From assembly GCF_044704955.1 (NCBI RefSeq), contig NW_027254419.1, positions 310,001-374,000 of the forward strand: a stretch of 64,000 nt of DNA. The letters run 5' to 3'. Below the pieces are notes generated by a model, which did not search any database, was not told the DNA's origin, and worked only from the letters and a program-made list of their open reading frames with translations. The position numbers and the translations under genes were made by a program. Origin of the DNA: Pristiophorus japonicus. Its lineage: Eukaryota. This document shows positions 53,591 to 64,000 of the stretch, one piece after another (positions within the stretch are counted from its first letter, which is position 1; the number at the start of each line of letters is the position of its first letter).

Positions 53591-54329
53591 ATTTGTAATA
53601 TAATGACCTGAAAATGCTTTATCCAGGGGCATTCAAGGAGCCTTAATTTGCATCCAACTAATAAAGTTCGAGTTAGCAAGCCAGATATGTTCAAATAAAT
53701 ATTTTCATTGCTCCAATGAAACAACTATGCATTAATTGAGTTTAACCTTATCGCAAAATAACTGCTTCCTTTTTGATGAATTGCTAAACGTTAAACATTT
53801 TGAGTATTAAATAATGATTGAATGAGAGTGGCCTGATCTTGAGTTCAATTTCAGAACAAACAGTTTCTGGAAAAGATTGAAATGGTCCAGAAAGCAGCGC
53901 CTGTTCTGATCTGATGGTCGGCTGGAAGTTAATTTGACAATTTAACTGGTGAATGTCGAACTCCTGCTTCAAATAACCATCATGGGAACGTTATGTTTGA
54001 AATCAGCATTTTGTTCAATTGTTTTTTTTTAATGCACCAGGTAGGGACAGACGCAGGTCAGATGTAGCTTTTGGACTGGGTCACAACACAAGGCACACAG
54101 TAACTGAACTGCATTTCTGTGAAGCATTTAATGAGATACATTCAGCCTGCGATGAATTGCCATTCACAATAATCTTTCAGACTCTGTAACGGTATCCAAT
54201 TGTATTGTTTGAGCCAAATTTCTCAGACCCTTTATTTTAAATGTTCAATTTCATTATAACAGACAATAAACATAGATCTGATAGAGGTGTTCAACATGAT
54301 GAAGCGTTTCTAGAACTTAACCCTCTCTT

Positions 54330-55275
54330 TTTAAAAAAAATCCCCTCATTTTCCCTCTAGTTCTTTTGCCAATTATTTTAAATCTGTGACCTTTGGTTAA
54401 CGACGTAATCACCATTGGAAATCGTTTCTCCTGACTTGCTTTGACAAAACCTCTCTCAATTTTGAATACCTCTATTCGGCCTCCAATTAATTTTCACTGC
54501 TTTAATTCACAATCCCAGCTTTTCTAATCTTTCCACCTAACTGAAGTCTCTGGTCCTTGGTATCATTCTGGGGCCTTGTCATCCTTTCTAAATTGTGGAG
54601 GTCAGAATTGTATACACTACTGCATCCGATGTCTAACCAGTGATTTGTAAAGGTTTAGCATGACACCCGTGATTCTCTATTCAAGGCCCCTTTTACAATG
54701 GCAATAACGCATACAATTTAGTAAACTTCTTATCAACTTGCCCGGTCACCTTCAAAGAGATGTGAATATGTACTCCCTGGACCCTCTGCTCTGGCACCTC
54801 CCTCAAATTAATGCCTGTTGGATTATATTGCCTCTACATGTTGTTCCTCCAAAATGCATTAAATTGTATCTGCCATGTGCCTGCCCATTTCACCAATCTG
54901 TCGATGCACTCCTGAAGTCCGCTGCTATCCTGCTCACACATTCCCACGTTGCCAAGTTTGCATCATCCGTGAACTTGTAAACTGTATTCCCGATAACAAG
55001 TCCAGGTAATTTATATATATAACAGGAAATGCAAGGTTCTTCATACCGATCAATGGGCGACCCCACTACTCTTCTGTCAGAAAAAACATCTGTTCACCAC
55101 TGCTCGCTGCCTCCTCTCCCGCAGCCAATTAAATACCCAAGTTACCTCCATCCCTTTAATCACATGTGCTTCAATTTTCCGAATAATTCTTTTATGAGAT
55201 ACTTTATAAAATGCCATTTGAACATCTATATATAACACATCCATTGCAACAGCATCATCGACCCTCTCTGTAACT
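54330..55275 (-). mobile_element. Decayed CR1-like LINE fragment
   Basis: The reverse complement resembles the degenerate RT C-terminal region of CR1 (e.g. CAGAATTGTATACACTACT..., GCCAAGTTTGCATCATCCGTGAAC corresponding to KFxDDxKL). No intact ORF. Confidence 0.65.
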
Positions 55276-55904
55276 TTACGGTGTAGACCGAGATTTCAGT
55301 ATCTGACCAATAAACTACAGGTGTTTCAGTAATCCGCACAAACCAGAATCGAGACTTACCCATATCAGCAGTAACCAGGTTCTTTATCCTTCCTAGCATA
55401 GACCCGGCTGATAACCAATCGATTTATAATGTTTAAGTTTTGCCAATATTAGGTATTTAGAGAAGAAAACCTGTCCTGATGTTTAGATTATGTTCGGTTC
55501 GAACAACAACAAGAAGTGACTGCAACGACCCAGAAAGCAGTGCATGTTCTCACTGGCGGGAGGCTGGAAAATAATTTGTAAAATTAAATGGAGCTTTTAA
55601 AGAGCATCGTTCCATATAACCGGCTTTGGGAACCGTACATCATTCGGATTATTTCATGGAGTGATTGGGAAGAGGAAGGTCAGGAGACATCCAATCAGTA
55701 ACAGGGGACAGATCACAACTCATACTGCATCGCTCTTCCTCCAATTCTGAGCAGGAAAGAGATAGGCCCGAATCAATCCCGATTGAGATCAAACTTGAAT
55801 CCGAGATATCAGGCTGTGCAAAAGTTCCCGGTTCAAATCTGAGCGCTGAAGTAATCAATTCACATTTTAAAGGAGACTTCAACCATTTATTTGAACGTCC
55901 TATA

Positions 55905-56270
55905 TTTTCCTGGGAACAAAGAAGATTTAGATGAGGTCTGATAGAGGGGTTTTGGAACTATGAAGGGTTTTATGAAGGGATTCGGGAAACATATTTCCCC
56001 AGGTCGGTGAGTTGGTGAGTAAATGGCACTGATTGAATATCAGCAGCAAAGGAATGAAGGGAGAGGGTATTATTGTACTATTCTACACAGATGCTGTTGG
56101 GACATGGGTTGTCCTATCAGAAAGAGGGCTGCATGCAGAATCCATAACAGCTTAATAAAATTGAACGTTTGAGAAGAAGATTGGGAATTGGAAGGTGAAC
56201 GGGATTTGTGGAGAGATCGTTCAGAGGCGTGATGGGCCGAATAGCCTCCTTCCGTGCTTTAAAGTTGTAT
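55905..56270 (+). mobile_element. Decayed CR1 3' end fragment
   Basis: TTTTCCTGGGAACAAAGAAGATTTAGA..TCTGATAGAGG (FSLEQRRLRGDLIE-like) and a 3' UTR-like GATGGGCCGAATAGCCTCCTTCCGTGCT. Confidence 0.6.
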
Positions 56271-57036
56271 TATTTTATCACACTCGGTCATGCTGATAAA
56301 CAAGCCGGGTTTAAAAAAAAGTTAATTAAACTAGTAGATCTTGCTGTAGAAGTTGTGTGATTAGGATAATTCACCCCACCGACATTCAACCAAGTGTATC
56401 CCCTGAAAACAATACTTGCATTTATATAGCGCGTTTAATGTAGTGAAACGTCCCAAGACGATTCATACTAGCTGAAGGAGGTAAAATTTGATATCAGGCC
56501 ACATAAGCAGTTTTCTTTAGTATGGTCAGCAGTGATTCTGGCAATTGACCAAAATCTTGGTCCAAGGGGTTAGTTTAAACAGCATCTTAAAATGGAGAGT
56601 TGACTTTACTTTAATATCATGGAATGGCCTGATTCCGTCCTGCTAATAAGATTATGAGAGCAAAAGGATGCAGGGAGGAACTCAGAATATATATTGTGAA
56701 ATAATTTACTGTGAAAGTGATTGGAGATTGAGGGGAGAGTTCCATAATAGCTGGAAGAAATCCACGATACAATATCCCAGCATTCACTCCGTAAAAAGGG
56801 GCCTGCTGGACAGAAAGCCCCTTTAAGTCTCGTGACTATCCTTATGTACAAGACTGGAGTTACGTGGAGGCGTTTCACGTCGGGTCTCATAATTGCTAGT
56901 AATTCAAATGTTGACGTAGTGTTTGATCGGTAAATGATGGATTTAGTTCACCCCGTAGTGAAATGTTTAGTTGTTTGGTTATTTTATAAGCACTGATTAC
57001 AGAGTCTAACTTGTTCAATTGGCCAATCTTTCCCAG

Positions 57037-57336
57037 CGACAGCATCTGCTCCCAAACTCTATGCCCTGCTCTCCTCCTGTGAACAACCCGACACTGGCGG
57101 CCCCGTCACCTACGGCTGCTTAGCGATGGACTACTCCCCGGAAATCACCAGCCTTTCCTGGAGGACAGAAGAAGCGCCGATCACAACTGGATTGAAGACC
57201 TACCCGTCAGTCCTCAACAAGAAGGGAGCCTACACACTGAGCAGCCAGTTAACCATCACCGATTCAGCGGTGGGGAGTCGTGCAATCTACTGCGAGGTTC
57301 GACGAGGTGGCTCGGTCTGGGACGTAAAAATGCCAG
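57037..57336 (+). CDS. IGHM: IgM constant exon Cmu1
   Basis: Acceptor TTTCCCAG|, then [42 protein letters not shown]...[24 protein letters not shown]...IYCEVRRG...MP, donor G|GTGAGT; 300 bp. GCLAMDY and [11 protein letters not shown] are shark IgM CH1 hallmarks. Confidence 0.96.
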
Positions 57337-57344
57337 GTGAGTGC

Positions 57345-58270
57345 TGTGGGATACAAGGAAGGCAAATTGTGAAAAGCAGAGATGATATGTTCAACTTCTA
57401 TACAATCTTGGTTGAACCAGACTTTGAGTAATGTGCAAAGTTCTAGTCTCCATCTTACACTTAGAGTCATTGCACAGCTCTGGCCTTCATATCACACAGC
57501 GAGTGCTGCGTACAGGTCTGGTTTCCACATCATATTTAGAGTATTGTACACAGATAAGGTCTTCGTAACATATTAAGAGTGCTGCATACAGGTCTGGTCT
57601 CCATAACACATCTCAGTCTGCATTCCGATCTCCTAATCAAAATTCGAGCACTGCGCATAGTTCTGGTTTACATATCACACTCAGAGTACAACGCACATGC
57701 CTGGTCTCCATATCACATATAGAGTACTGTACACTGCTCTAATCTCCGGATCATATCAACTGTAATGTGCATAGTGCTGGTTTCCATATTATAAGAATGA
57801 TGCAGAGGCACAAGGACGACACCAGAACTGAAAAATTGCAACTGTCAATAATTGCTGAACGGAGTGGGATTCGTTTCTCCAGAAAAGGGAAGGCTGAGTG
57901 GTGATCAAATGGTGGTCTTTAAAATTATGAAGCGATTTCAAGGTTAAACGTAGATAAAATATTTTGCTTGAGCAGGAGCCCGATATTGGGGCCATAAATA
58001 TAAGATATTCACTAATAAATCCAATAGGAAGTCCAGGAGCAAGTTCTTCAGCCAAGGGATTGGCCAAATATGGAACTCCCTGCCGCATGGAATACGAGGC
58101 GAATATCATAGATGCGTTTCAAGGGAATCTAGATAAGTACACGAGGGAGAAAGGCATCTAAAGTTATGTTGATAGCGGGTAGGCAATAGGGAGAGAGGAG
58201 GCCCATGTGAAACATAAACATAGGCCTGTTGGGCCTAATGACCTGTTTCGGTGATGTAGATTATATGTTA
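57345..58270 (+). mobile_element. Decayed CR1 3' fragment containing an internal ~38-bp minisatellite (57426-57790)
   Basis: [19 protein letters not shown] resembles CR1 KSREVMLNLYRTLVRPHLE. It is followed by tandem GAGTACTG..CAGTTCTGGTCTCCATATCACACT units, then CR1 sequence resumes (AFQGNLDKY..., 3' UTR-like end). Confidence 0.75.
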
Positions 58271-58340
58271 AAAACCACTTTAAAGTTCTTAATTGTTTGG
58301 ATTGTAACAAATAATCGCCATAAAATGTATTTTCTTGCAG

Positions 58341-58652
58341 GTCGTGTGGTACATCATCCAGCTGTTATCCTTACCCTGAGTTCCAAGGAAGACATCACCA
58401 GCAGCAGATCTGCAACCGCCGTGTGTTCAATCATCGATTTCCATCCAAAGTCACTGACCGTTAAATGGCTGAAGAATGGACAAATTATGAAATCGGGCTT
58501 CATCACCTCTCCCGTATGTGAGGTGAATGGGAACTTCTCGGCGAGCAGTCGGCTGACATTCTCCGCCGCGGAATGGTTCGCCCACTCAGTCTATACCTGC
58601 CAGGTCTCTCATCAAGGAATCACCCAAAACCGAACTATCACCAGATCTCCGG
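58341..58652 (+). CDS. IGHM: IgM constant exon Cmu2
   Basis: Acceptor TTTCTTGCAG|, then [47 protein letters not shown]...[16 protein letters not shown]...[20 protein letters not shown], donor G|GTAAGG; 312 bp. Confidence 0.96.
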
Positions 58653-58949
58653 GTAAGGGACACCGCCCCGGGAAGTTCCGGATCACTCTGAGCGCTGATC
58701 TCAGTCAGGGCTTTTATCGTAATTAGTAAAAAGCACAGAACTATTTCTCATTTCTAATCATACAGTTTGTTTTTCCTTTCGGTGTAAGCCTTGACTGAGG
58801 ATTCCTCACGGTTCATGATTCCGTCACTTCGCCAAAGATTGCCCTCTGCTTGCCCTTAGTCTCAGCTTTATCCTGAGTTGCCTGAGCATATTGGGAGCGA
58901 CAGTCGGTGTCTCCAGGCCTTTACTCTGTAAGGGCCACTACTAGAAATT

Positions 58950-60235
58950 GCTAGAAAGGGTGTAGACGAATCAAGGCACATTGGAGTGCATGCCCACAAA
59001 TCCCTAAAGTTAGCACGCCATCTAAATAAGTGGGTTAAGAAGGCAGACAGAATATTTACCTTTATTAGTCGAGGCATGGAATAAAATAGCAAGGAGCTTA
59101 TGCTCGAACTGTATAAAACACTTGTTAGGCCGTAGCTGGAGTAGCACGTGCATTTCTGGTCACCAGGTAACCGGAAAAATGCGATTGTACTGGAACGGGT
59201 GCAGAGGAGATTTACCAGGAAGTTGTCTGGACTAGAGAATTTTGGCTAATAGGAAAGATTGGATAGGCTGGGTCCATATTTGTTTCGAAAAGAGGAGACA
59301 GAGGGGAGACCTGATTGAGATGTATAAGATTATGAGGGGCCTTGATAGAGTGGATAGGAAGGACCTGTTCCCCTTGGCAGATGAGTCAACAACCAGGGGA
59401 CACAGATTTAAAGTGTTTGGGGCGAGGTTTAGAGGAGATATGAGAGGAAATGTCTTCATCCAGAACGTAGTGTGGGTCTCGAAATCACTACCTGAAAGGG
59501 TGGTAGAGGCTGAAACCCTCAGCACATTAAAAAAAAATATTGGATATGCAATGAACCTTCATGGCTACGGACCAAGAGCTGGAAATTAGGCTGGATTGCT
59601 CTTGTTTGGCCGGCGCGTACACGATGGGACAAAATTGCATCTTTCCATGCTGAAAATGTCTATGATTTTATGATCTGCCTTTTTAGAACACAGCATTCAG
59701 TTCTGGGCACCGCACTGCAGGATGGATAAACTGGCTTTAGAGCGGGTGCAAATCAAATTCACCCGAATGATACCGGGCTAAAACGGCTAAATGATGAGAA
59801 CGGGTTAGGCTTGTATTCCTTTGTGTAGAATGTGAAGAGGCGATGTAATTGAGATGTTTACGTTGATAAATGGAACTGATGTGGTAGATAGCAAGAAAAT
59901 ATTTCCTCTGGTGCGGTACTTCAGAACCAGGGACAGAACATTAAAAGTAGATCTACACCATTCAGGGGTAATGTCAGGAAGGATAATTTCACACAAAGTC
60001 TCGTGTACATCCGGAACTCTCTGCCCCCCACCCGACCCCCGGCCTCCCAAAGCTGTTGAGGGTAGGGGTCAATTGAACATGTCAAAACTGAGATTAATAG
60101 ATCTTTGTTCGGCAAGGGTGTAAAGGGTTGTACAACCAAAGCGGGTAGATGGTGTTGAAGTATATATCAGCCATGATCTGATTGAATGGCAGAACAGGAT
60201 GGATGGGCTGAATGGACTTCTCCTGTTCCTATGAC
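58950..60235 (+). mobile_element. Two adjacent decayed CR1 3' fragments (~58950-59675 and ~59680-60235)
   Basis: ORF 59242-59589 (RRQRGDLIEMYKIMRGLDRVDRKDLFP...TRGHRFKV) and ORF 59854 (DVVDSKKIFPLV) are CR1 ORF2 C-termini. Each ends in a CTATGA/CCTATG-type tail. Confidence 0.85.
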
Positions 60236-60962
60236 ACTATTACTATCCTGCGGTTATATTTCCTCCTTACTCTCTCTCACTAGACATGATAAAAGCTCAC
60301 AATTGACAGAAATTTAAAAAAAAACTACTTCACATCAGTATTGCAATTTATTCCCCATGACAAAAGACCCCTTGAAATTCCCTTCCCACGATCTTTTACT
60401 TCTGCTCTGCCGGGGGTGGGGGGGGGGAGGGGGTGGGGCTGCTACTGGTTCCTGCACATTTTCATCAACCCCAAAATCACAAGACACCAGAAAATTAACT
60501 TTGTTTCCTGTTGCAACTATAATCCTGGATTTGATTTGACATTTGTTTTGACCCAGTGTAATTTTCATGTAGAGCTCTTCACCTGGGGGTGGAGCCATTA
60601 TACTGAGCGCAAATGCGTTCGGGCAGAAGGATCGATAGACGGGCCTAAAGGAGCAAGGATTTTCGGGACGAGCGCTATTCAGTGCATAACACAATTGCAC
60701 CCCACTTTATTCAATGTTTTATGTCGGGTCTTTGCCTCACAGCCGATCACAGGTGGCTCTGGGTGCAAATACACTGGAAATGTTAAAGCGTCTCCCGGGA
60801 TGGTTGCCAATTCGTTGTCCTTCCAATAATGATGGTTGTTAAGCAACAACGAGAGGTTAATATCTCAAAGGTGATTTATTATTCTTTAGGGAGTTAAAGC
60901 ATAATGCTGCTATCCTGACTCTGGAGATGAAGCTTTGCTTGACTTTCATTTCTGCTTCACAG

Positions 60963-61268
60963 AAGATTCCTCATGCAACGATCCAAAAATCACTCTTTCG
61001 CCGCCGTCACTCGAGCAGGTCTTAATGGAGGCGACAGTGACCTTAACCTGCATCGTGTCTAATGCTCCTTTTGGAGTCACCGTGTCCTGGGAGCGGAAAA
61101 AGGACATTTTGAAACCAGGGAATCACGGTGAACCGGGAGAGGGCGACAGTGTGATCAGCAAGTTAGACATCTCGACACAAGACTGGCTGAGTGGGGATGT
61201 GTTTGACTGCGTGGTGAGCCATCGGGATATGCCGACTCCGATCAGAGGTTCCATCCACAAGGAAATGG
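60963..61268 (+). CDS. IGHM: IgM constant exon Cmu3
   Basis: Acceptor CTTCACAG| (a NAGNAG alternative exists at 60965), then [43 protein letters not shown]...[28 protein letters not shown], donor G|GTGAGC; 306 bp. Confidence 0.96.
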
Positions 61269-61399
61269 GTGAGCGGCGTGATTGTAGTAACACGTGAGAG
61301 GCTGTGACTATTCCCGGTGCTTGTGCATGGGCCAATTCGTTCTAATAAGTATTTTAATAGATTACTTTGATAATTCAAATGGTAATCCCACGAACTAAA

Positions 61400-61580
61400 C
61401 ACTCTGGGATATGGGATGATGCATTTAAGGGGAAGTTAGATAATTGCAGGAGGGAGAAAGCAATAGAAGGACATGTTACGTGGTTTAGATGGTGAGCTGG
61501 GAGAAGGTTCGTGTGGAGCATAAAAGTTGGTATAAATCAGTTGGCCGAATCAGTTCCTAGCAGTGATTCATGTGTAATTT
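61400..61580 (+). mobile_element. Short CR1 3' end remnant
   Basis: GATGCATTTAAGGGGAAGTTAGATAA..AGGGAGAAAG..GTGTGGAGCATAAA parallels 58111-58220. Confidence 0.6.
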
Positions 61581-61779
61581 TCCAGTACAACTCTTCAAGC
61601 TCCCAGAGAGAAGGATTTTATTCCATTCTGTTCTGGCTGAAAAACTGGACAGGCCACAGAGGCGAAAAAGGGAATCCTTTAAAATTCCGCGCAAACCACG
61701 TATCTTGCGCATTTAACCACCGGTGTCATTGTCTCTGGAAGTCTCCAGTTTATTGATGTTTATTGTAATTGATCTGCAG

Positions 61780-62171
61780 CTAAAGATCCGCGGGAACCGG
61801 CCGTGTCTGTCCTCCTGCCCTCGGCAGAAGAAATCTCCGCTCAGAGGTTTGTCAGCCTCACCTGCTTAGTGAGAGCTTTCTCCCCCCGAGAGATCTTCGT
61901 CAAGTGGACCGTCAATGACAAGCCGGTGAATTCGGGCAACTACACGAACACCGAGGTGAAGACGGAGAACAGCAGCAGCTCTTTCTTCACGTACAGCCTG
62001 TTATCCATTGCAGCCGAGGAGTGGGCCAGCGGTGCTTCTTACTCCTGTGTGGTAGGACATGAGGCCATCCCCTTGAAGACCATCATCAGAACAGTCAATA
62101 AATCCAGCGGTAAACCCAGTTTTGTGAACATTTCTCTTGGTCTGATGGACACCGTCAATGCTTGTCAATGA
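61780..62171 (+). CDS. IGHM: IgM constant exon Cmu4 plus secretory tailpiece
   Basis: Acceptor CTGCAG|, then [32 protein letters not shown]...[21 protein letters not shown]...[24 protein letters not shown]. The tailpiece N-glycan site (NIS) and penultimate Cys are intact. An internal donor G|GTAAAC at 62110 would serve splicing to TM exons. Confidence 0.97.
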
Positions 62172-62199
62172 GAATCTCTCGATTGCATTTCAGTTCTTA

Positions 62200-62215
62200 A
62201 ATAAAAACCAATAAA
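62200..62215 (+). terminator. Secretory-form polyadenylation signals
   Basis: AATAAA at 62200-62205 and 62210-62215, about 30-40 bp after the stop codon. Confidence 0.88.
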
Positions 62216-62599
62216 GGCCTTTTCTTCCAATCGTGAGTTACACACACAGCCGCTCAATTAATTTTGTTTCCCATTTTTGACAAGAGGCGGGCTGTTAATG
62301 TGAAGCAGAATATCTGTCGGACTTGGGCACAAAGCTTGTACAGCCAGCGCTCCCAGCTCAGATACACCACAGTTTGGAGACAGAGTGAAGCTCTTTCATG
62401 ACAGGATTCCTCAAAGTAATTTCAGCAACTTTCTTCCCACTGGCAGAACCTGCAAAGTTCCATTTTCCGACAAACAAATGCAGCACATTTAGATCTATGT
62501 GTCATTGTTTCTCGTGTTGTCCATCCCTTCAGATTTGGGGCCGGTTTTAATTGGCAGCAACGCACCCTCTTGGATCTGAAATGAGGGCGACACGGGAAC

Positions 62600-63925
62600 A
62601 GGAACTGTACCTCCCACTGCCCCACCAGAGAGAGAGAACAAGTCAATTGTTAACCCCCTGTACACCCCACTGACCCACCAGAGGGGAAAGCTCAATTGTT
62701 AACCCCCTGTACCCCCCACTGACCCACCAGAGAGAGAGAACAAGTCAATTGTTAACCCCCTGTACCCCCCACTGACCCAACAGAGGGGAAAGGTCAATTG
62801 TTAATCACCTGTACCCCCCACTGACCCACCCGGGGGAGGGGAAAGGTCAATTGTTAACCCACAGTACTCCCACTACCCCACCAGAGAGAGGGGAAAGGTC
62901 AATTGTTAACCCCCTGCAACTCCCACTGCCCCAACAGAGCGAGGGGAAAGGTCAATTGCTAACCCCTTGTACCCGCCACTGCCCCACCAGAGGGGAAAGG
63001 TCAATTTTTAACCCCCTATACCCTCCACTGCCCCACCAGAGGGGAAAGGTCAATTGTTAACCCCCTGTACCCTCCACTGCCCCACCAGGGGGAGGGGAAA
63101 GTTCAATCGTTAACCCACTGTACTCCCACTACCGCACTAGAGAGAGGGGAAATGTCAACTGTTAACTCATTGTAAGACCACTGCCCCAACAGAGGGAGGG
63201 GAAAGGTCAATTGTTAACCCCCTGTACCTCACACTGCCCCACCAGAGAGAGGGGAAAGGTTAATTGTCAACCCCCTGTACCTCACACTGCCCCACCAGAG
63301 AGAGTGGAAAGGTTAATTGTCAACCCCCTGTACCTCACACTGCCCCACCAGATAGAGGGGAAAGGTCAATTGTTAACCCCCTGTACCTCCCGCTGCCCCG
63401 CCAGAGAGAGAGTGGAAAGAGCAATTGTTAACCATCTGTACCTCACACTGCCCCACCAGAGAGCGCAAAGGTGAATTGTTAATCCCCTGTAACTCCCATT
63501 GCCCCACCAGAGGGAGGGAAAAGGGCAATTGTTAACCCCCTGTACCCCCCACCACCCCACCGGAGAGGAAAGTCAATTGTTAACACCCTGTACCCGCCAC
63601 TGCCCCACCAGAGAGAGAGCAAAGGTTAATTGATAATCTCCTCTACCTCCCACTGCCCCACCAGGGGGAGGGGAGAGGTCAATTGTTAACCCCCTGTACC
63701 TCCCACTGCCCCAGCAGGGGGAGGGGAAAGGACAATTGTTTACCACTGTACCCCCACTGCCCCACCACAGAGAGAGGAAAGGGCAATTGTTAACCCACGG
63801 TACCTCCGCTGCCCCATCAGAGAGAGGCGAAAGGGCAATTGTTAACTCATTGTGTCTCCGATTCTCCAACACAGTGAGGGAAACGGCAATTGTTAAGCCA
63901 CTGTACCCTTCAATTCCCACCAGGG
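62600..63925. repeat. ~49-56-bp tandem minisatellite 3' of Cmu4
   Basis: Unit approximately AGGGGAAAGGTCAATTGTTAACCCCCTGTACCTCCCACTGCCCCACCAGAGAG, with a variable (GA)n stretch. Confidence 0.93.
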
Positions 63926-64000
63926 AGAGATGCCCACCTTTGAATTGTTGCATTCCGTCGCCTGACGTCACCTGGCGTCTCACGCTGAAAACATTTACAC

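Noticed and set aside
60335-60829. Overlapping 121- and 162-aa ORFs in the Cmu2-Cmu3 intron (possible extra exon)
   Set aside because: No Ig-domain Cys/Trp pattern; low-complexity G-run sequence; no recognisable homology.
62216-64000. IgM transmembrane exons
   Set aside because: I found no hydrophobic TM exon with the conserved antigen-receptor motif, so they are presumably downstream of the window.

Overview
Eukaryotic genomic DNA from a cartilaginous fish, most likely a shark; the species cannot be fixed from this window. Bases 1-46618 are a 47-bp satellite array with nested higher-order duplications and two minus-strand CR1 LINE insertions, and nearly all ORF calls there are repeat artefacts. 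About 390 bp past the satellite edge begins one unrearranged immunoglobulin heavy-chain cluster on the + strand: leader, V-RSS23, 12-D1-22, 12-D2-12, 23-J, an 8.4-kb intron, then Cmu1-Cmu4 with secretory tail and poly(A) signals. I saw no transmembrane exons, so they probably lie beyond base 64000. All exons are open with canonical splice sites. The main surprise is that the leader and V look IgW-type while J and all four C exons are IgM-type, suggesting a germline IgW-V/IgM-C chimeric cluster; this rests on recalled sequence motifs and needs a phylogeny. The J-C intron also carries a GAGCT-containing tandem array where tetrapods have S-mu, preceded by a promoter-like motif cluster, and this array shares a 15-mer with a second array 3' of Cmu4.
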